Source of the DNA: an uncultured Pseudomonadales bacterium
GTDB lineage: Bacteria; Pseudomonadota; Gammaproteobacteria; Pseudomonadales; UBA7434
Direction: 5' to 3'
Length of the DNA: 64,000 nucleotides
Assembly (NCBI GenBank): GCA_943788835.1
Contig: CALSRU010000004.1
Span: 240,300 to 304,299 of the forward strand
Both the position numbers and the translations under genes were made by a program. This document shows positions 59,633-64,000 of this stretch, in pieces (positions within the stretch are counted from its first letter, which is position 1; each line of letters opens with the position of its first letter). The notes under the pieces are model-generated. The model made no database searches and had not been told where the DNA came from. It worked only from the letters and a program-made list of their open reading frames with translations.

Positions 59633-60418
59633 ATGTTTTTCACGTTCTTTGCCCCAGGCTCGTTTACTCTGCTGTCGAAGGATTGTGGTCAATGGCTTTC
59701 GGTTAAGTTATGTCGAAGAATTTGTGCTGCCAGCTTTGTCTTTTTGTGCTTGCTTTTCGTGGTAGCGCCAACGAATAGCTGGGCAAGCCCTGTTGACCCT
59801 TATGAGAAATTTAATCGCAAGGTATATGCATTTAATGAGCTTTTTGATCGTTGGGCCTTGAAGCCGGTGGCAAAGTTTTATCGCTGGAGTACGCCAAGCA
59901 TCGTTGACAAGGGCGTTAGCAATTTCTTTGATAACTTGGGCGAAGTAAGGAATTTACTCAATGCGGGTTTGCAGGCGGATTTTCAGCATATGGCCGTTTC
60001 CACTGGGCGGCTCTTGGTCAATTCTACGGCTGGATTGGCGGGGCTTATCGACGTGGCTTCTGGCTGGGGTTTGGCAGAGCGTGATGAGCATTTTGGGCAA
60101 ACACTGGGCGTGTGGGGCGTTGAGAGCGGTCCCTATCTCGTTTTGCCTTTTCTGGGTGGTAGCAGTCTGCGTGATACAGTGGGTTTTTTTCCAGACATGT
60201 ACATGTCGCCGCTTACCTACCTTGACGATCAGTCAGCTCGAAATTGGCTTCGTGCGCTCAATGTCATCGATGTTCGCGCTGATATATTGGATGTTGAAAG
60301 TTTAATTACGGGCGACCGGTACACATTTTTGCGAGAGGTTTTTTTGCAGAAGCGGCGTTCAGACATAGCCAACGGTGATTTACCCGATGATTTTGATTCA
60401 TTTGGCGATGATTTTTAG
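59633..60418 (+). CDS. mlaA: MlaA/VacJ-family outer-membrane lipid-asymmetry protein
   Basis: DPYEKFNRKVYAFNELFDRWALKPVAKFY, VSNFFDNLGE and GPYLVLPFLGGSSLRD are MlaA hallmark blocks. Confidence 0.8.
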   Translation: MFFTFFAPGSFTLLSKDCGQWLSVKLCRRICAASFVFLCLLFVVAPTNSWASPVDPYEKFNRKVYAFNELFDRWALKPVAKFYRWSTPSIVDKGVSNFFDNLGEVRNLLNAGLQADFQHMAVSTGRLLVNSTAGLAGLIDVASGWGLAERDEHFGQTLGVWGVESGPYLVLPFLGGSSLRDTVGFFPDMYMSPLTYLDDQSARNWLRALNVIDVRADILDVESLITGDRYTFLREVFLQKRRSDIANGDLPDDFDSFGDDF

Positions 60419-60677
60419 GCGTTTTTAATGAATCGTTTGACCACTGTGGGGCGCATTAAAGTAAGCTCAATCTATCCGCGGCATATTATCCAGCGCATTA
60501 CTCTGCCATTTAGCGGAAGACGATTTGTAAAAAACTAGTCAATTTAGGCAGAAACCTGGGCAGCTTTTTGAGTGGACAGAATAGTAATAAGAGCTTACGG
60601 TTGCTTGGTAGAATAAATATTTAAGTGGAATACGGGCGGCAAAATTGACATCCGCCGCATTATAAAAGAGTTTTATT

Positions 60678-61868
60678 GTGGATTACCCGAATAGCACAAG
60701 TCTTACCAAGGTCTTAATCATTGATGCGGATGCAACGATGCGAGAGCATGTCGCCGATTACTTGCAAAAGACCGGATACAATACCGTTAGTGCCTCAAGT
60801 GGGGAGGCAGGCCTGGCCATGATACAGACTGCAAGTCCTGGGTGTGTCCTTTGCGACCTGAATCTCCCTGAGGTAGGCGGGGTTAGTGTTTTGCAACTTA
60901 TATCCAATGAAGATGCTGAGCTGCCTATCATTGTCATTTCTGGTGAGGGTGAAATGACTGATGTGGTAGAGGCCTTGCGATTGGGCGCCAGCGATTTTCT
61001 GATGAAGCCTATTGTAGACCTCGAAGTTCTCGAGCACGCTATTGAGCGAAGCCTTGAAAGATACAGTCTGCGTCAAGAAAATAGCCGGTATAGGGCACAG
61101 CTAGAGCAGGCTAATAGCGTTTTGAAAAATAATTTGGCTGTGCTTGAGCAAGATCAGCAAGCGGGTTTAATGGTGCAAATGAAAATGTTGCCAGTGAGCC
61201 CAATGCAGAAGGGAGCTTATGTATTCCGCCATCAAATTGTACCCTCGCTATATCTTAGTGGCGATTTTGTAGAGTACGTTACGGTTGGTAACGATCACGT
61301 TGTTTTTTTTGTGGCCGATGTTTCTGGTCATGGTGCCTCGTCGGCATTTGTGACTGTGCTACTGAAAAATCTAACAGCGCGAGTACGCAGCGAATATAAC
61401 CATAGTGGTACCGATACAATACTACATCCGGCTGAGTTTCTAGTGCAGGCTAATGCTGAGTTAATGGCTACCGGGATTGGCAAGCATGCAACGCTATTTT
61501 ATGCAGTGTTAAATACGCGACGAAATAATTTGGTTTATACAGTGGCGGGGCACTTGCCTCTACCTATTCTGATTGCGAACAATGAAGCGCATTATCTTGA
61601 GGGTAAGGGTGCGCCGGTAGGTTTATTTGATGATGCTGAATACGACGAGGTTGAGTTGAGTTTGCCATCGGAGTTTCGTTTGATGTTATTTTCAGACGGT
61701 ATATTAGAGGTGCTTGAAGATGCATCGCTATCAGCCAAAGAAAAATATTTATTAAATCATGCTCCTTCCTCTCGAGCGGACCCTGAGTCCGTTTTGAAAA
61801 ATTATGCGGTTGATTCTACGCAAAAATATCCCGATGATATTGCAGTGCTTTTGGTCGACAAGCATTGA
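60678..61868 (+). CDS. Response regulator fused to PP2C/SpoIIE phosphatase (RssB-like)
   Basis: N-terminal receiver (VLIIDAD..., CVLCDLNLP, VISGEG, DFLMKP). C-terminal PP2C (FVADVSGHGASSAFV, LFSDGILE). GTG start. Confidence 0.8.
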   Translation: MDYPNSTSLTKVLIIDADATMREHVADYLQKTGYNTVSASSGEAGLAMIQTASPGCVLCDLNLPEVGGVSVLQLISNEDAELPIIVISGEGEMTDVVEALRLGASDFLMKPIVDLEVLEHAIERSLERYSLRQENSRYRAQLEQANSVLKNNLAVLEQDQQAGLMVQMKMLPVSPMQKGAYVFRHQIVPSLYLSGDFVEYVTVGNDHVVFFVADVSGHGASSAFVTVLLKNLTARVRSEYNHSGTDTILHPAEFLVQANAELMATGIGKHATLFYAVLNTRRNNLVYTVAGHLPLPILIANNEAHYLEGKGAPVGLFDDAEYDEVELSLPSEFRLMLFSDGILEVLEDASLSAKEKYLLNHAPSSRADPESVLKNYAVDSTQKYPDDIAVLLVDKH

Positions 61869-61913
61869 ATGACATATGTGGTAGGTTTTTGGCGGCTTTT
61901 GGCATAAGAAAAT

Positions 61914-62453
61914 ATGGGTCTGGTTGCGTTGTGCGAGGGTAAGCAGTTGCAAAGTGGTGAAGTGTTTGCTGGATGCGAGGATAAAACATTCTATCTTCGC
62001 ATGACTGGTGATGTTCGTTTGACTTGGAGCGTGAGTCTAGAAGATTATTGTAGGCACATTTTCCAAACTCAGGCGATCGAATTGGTTTTGATTGATCTTT
62101 GTCAGGTGAAAAATCTCGACAGCACGACGTTAGGTATTCTCGCTAAGATTGCAATAGCAGCTAAAGCAGATCTTGGTCGAATGCCTGAAATCTATCTACA
62201 GGATGCAGACATCGAAAGGCTACTGATGAGCATGGGGTTTAGTGCTATCTTTGTGCTGCATAACTCGATGCCGCCGTTGGTGCCTCAATTGCCCCGGCTA
62301 CCCTTGCTTGATGCGTCTGCTTCAGAGATGCAAGAAACGGTCATTGATGCTCACCGCACATTGATGGATATGAATAAGCAGAACAGCGATCAGTTTGAAA
62401 GCTTAGTTAGCACACTGAAGAGTGATCGAGATAAGTCAGGCCCCGCCTCCTAG
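61914..62453 (+). CDS. STAS-domain anti-sigma-factor antagonist-like protein
   Basis: STAS-like core with a putative phospho-Ser motif NLDSTTLGIL. It has a C-terminal extension of about 60 aa. Located directly downstream of the PP2C response regulator. Confidence 0.6.
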   Translation: MGLVALCEGKQLQSGEVFAGCEDKTFYLRMTGDVRLTWSVSLEDYCRHIFQTQAIELVLIDLCQVKNLDSTTLGILAKIAIAAKADLGRMPEIYLQDADIERLLMSMGFSAIFVLHNSMPPLVPQLPRLPLLDASASEMQETVIDAHRTLMDMNKQNSDQFESLVSTLKSDRDKSGPAS

Positions 62454-62699
62454 CCAGATAACCTATGTGATTTTTATAATTTAATTTCCTGGCAACCCTC
62501 TACTTCTATTGCCGTGCTTAGCCTTTCTTCCTGTGTTTTTTGCGGGTGGTGATAATTGGATGGACTGAAAGCCTGCTGTTTGACTTTTGTACTATACTTT
62601 TTAGTATTGCGGGCTATCTAGCCAAGGTTGACAGGGAGTGTCTAGTCGTAAGCCGCCTAGGTTGTCATCTTACAACTAAGCATCAGGGAATTAATTAAT

Positions 62700-63956
62700 A
62701 TGAAAACGTCCGTTTCGCGCGCCGCGCGTCAAGTTGTCTCGCAACGATCGGTCAACATTCACGTAGCTGAACTACAGCTCGGTATGTTCGTTTCTGATCT
62801 TGACCGTGGCTGGCTGGAAACGCCGTTTGTAACCCAAGGCTTTATCATTGAAACAGAAGAACACCTTGCACTACTGCGTGAATATTGTGACACCGTCTGG
62901 GTCGACAAGGTTTTTAGTAAATGGATAAAAGCTGAGACTCAAGCTGTATTTGAGAGCCCTGCTCATTTGTCATTGATCCACCAAGTGCCCGCCCAAGATG
63001 AACATGAGAATGCGAGCAACATCTATCAAAAGGCTAGGCAGATAACCAAGACACTCATGGATGAAGTCAGGTTAGGACATGCTATTGATACAAAAAGTGC
63101 GAAAGAAGCGGTTTCCGGATGCGTGACGAGTGTGATGCAGAATCCAGACGCATTGCTCTGGATGGCTAAAATGCGTAATTCAGATGAATATACGTCAGAG
63201 CACTGCATGAGCGTGTGTATTTTGGCTATCGCATTTGGCCGTCATTTGGGTATGAACGAAAAAGAACTCAATGATCTTGGTTTATGCGGCTTGCTGCACG
63301 ATGTAGGCAAAATTCAAGTTCCCGATGAAATACTCAATAAGCCGGCGCGACTAAGCAAAGATGAGTGGGCCGTGATGATGAGGCATGCAGCTCATGGTCG
63401 CGACTTATTGCTTTCGACATCTAATATACTGAGCGCTGCCGTTGATGTTGCGTATGCGCACCATGAGCGTATCGACGGGAACGGTTATCCAAGGGGGCTT
63501 AAAGGTGCGGCAATTCCTACCTACGCTAGAATAATCGCTGTTGTTGATACCTATGATGCAGTAACAGCTGATAGGTGCTATGCGCCGGGTATGCCAACGA
63601 CGGACGCGCTGAGAATTCTCTATGAGTCACGCGACACTCACTTTGATGGGCATTTAGTTGACTCTTTCATGAAAATGATTGGGTTATATCCGCCGGGCAC
63701 AATTGTTGAGTTGGTTAATGGTAAGGTCGCGTTGGTGTTGGCTTCGAACCACAAATATCAGCATCTGCCGCGCATCATTCAAATACTTGATGAATGCAAA
63801 AACCAGGTGCCGGAACGCGTTATTAATTTAATGGACGTAGAGAAGGGGCGCTTGGAAAAAGATTACTTTATTAAAAAAGCCCACGTGGACGGGGCCTTTG
63901 GTATTAAGATGTGTGATTATCAATCCAAAGGTATCCAGTTCTCAAGAGCCAGCTAG
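62700..63956 (+). CDS. HD-GYP domain c-di-GMP phosphodiesterase
   Basis: HDVGK metal motif and HHERIDGNGYPRGL (HD-GYP signature). An N-terminal regulatory domain of about 150 aa has unknown function. Confidence 0.85.
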   Translation: MKTSVSRAARQVVSQRSVNIHVAELQLGMFVSDLDRGWLETPFVTQGFIIETEEHLALLREYCDTVWVDKVFSKWIKAETQAVFESPAHLSLIHQVPAQDEHENASNIYQKARQITKTLMDEVRLGHAIDTKSAKEAVSGCVTSVMQNPDALLWMAKMRNSDEYTSEHCMSVCILAIAFGRHLGMNEKELNDLGLCGLLHDVGKIQVPDEILNKPARLSKDEWAVMMRHAAHGRDLLLSTSNILSAAVDVAYAHHERIDGNGYPRGLKGAAIPTYARIIAVVDTYDAVTADRCYAPGMPTTDALRILYESRDTHFDGHLVDSFMKMIGLYPPGTIVELVNGKVALVLASNHKYQHLPRIIQILDECKNQVPERVINLMDVEKGRLEKDYFIKKAHVDGAFGIKMCDYQSKGIQFSRAS

Positions 63957-64000
63957 CCCCAAATTCTTAGGGGTTAACGAGTGATTTTGGTTGCAAGTTG

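Noticed and set aside
1-64000. Looked for mobile elements, integrases, tRNA/rRNA genes, toxin-antitoxin pairs and known defence-system genes.
   Set aside because: No transposase, integrase or recombinase-like ORF, no long terminal inverted repeats, and no cloverleaf-like tRNA sequence was recognised. The window reads as syntenic core chromosome apart from the RiPP operon.

Overview
The window looks like chromosomal DNA from a gammaproteobacterium. Gene order resembles Pseudomonas/Cellvibrionales: gloB, methyltransferase, rnhA, dnaQ, then nhaB and a FimL-like gene, then sohB, tatD, topA, lexA. I support about 50 protein-coding genes. I found no rRNA, tRNA, CRISPR array, integrase or IS element by eye.

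Gene blocks, in order:
1. 0.1-13.2 kb: an AraC-associated catabolic cluster with an aldo-keto reductase, a kinase-like protein, thiolase, a FadB-like enzyme, acyl-CoA dehydrogenase, an SDR, a Baeyer-Villiger-type monooxygenase and a quinohemoprotein PQQ alcohol dehydrogenase.
2. 13.3-18.9 kb: bioA, then tesA divergent from ybbA-ybbP.
3. 20-26.8 kb: a gcvR-like gene, a peptide ABC importer with a fused double ATPase, and gloB.
4. 27-42 kb: housekeeping genes (rnhA, dnaQ, an LpxL-family gene, nhaB, a FimL-like gene, sohB, frameshifted tatD, topA, lexA with two SOS boxes).
5. 42-57 kb: dienelactone hydrolase, flavodoxin-like protein, M16 peptidase, glutaminyl cyclase, mnmC, hrpA and an alpha/beta-hydrolase-fold protein.
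6. 57.4-59.5 kb: the most interesting locus, a three-gene RiPP-type operon. It encodes an 84-aa Sec-signal precursor whose core is four tandem EGACG repeats, a DUF692/MNIO multinuclear-iron oxidase, and a DUF2063 partner protein. This is HvfABC/bufferin-like and predicts a Cys-modified periplasmic metallophore.
7. 59.6-64 kb: mlaA and a response-regulator-PP2C / STAS / HD-GYP signalling trio.

Other oddities are short tandem repeats in the topA and gcvR-like upstream regions, a +1 frameshift in an A8 run inside tatD, and a lysine-rich tail on TopA.

All calls come from reading the translations and the DNA. No database search was run.
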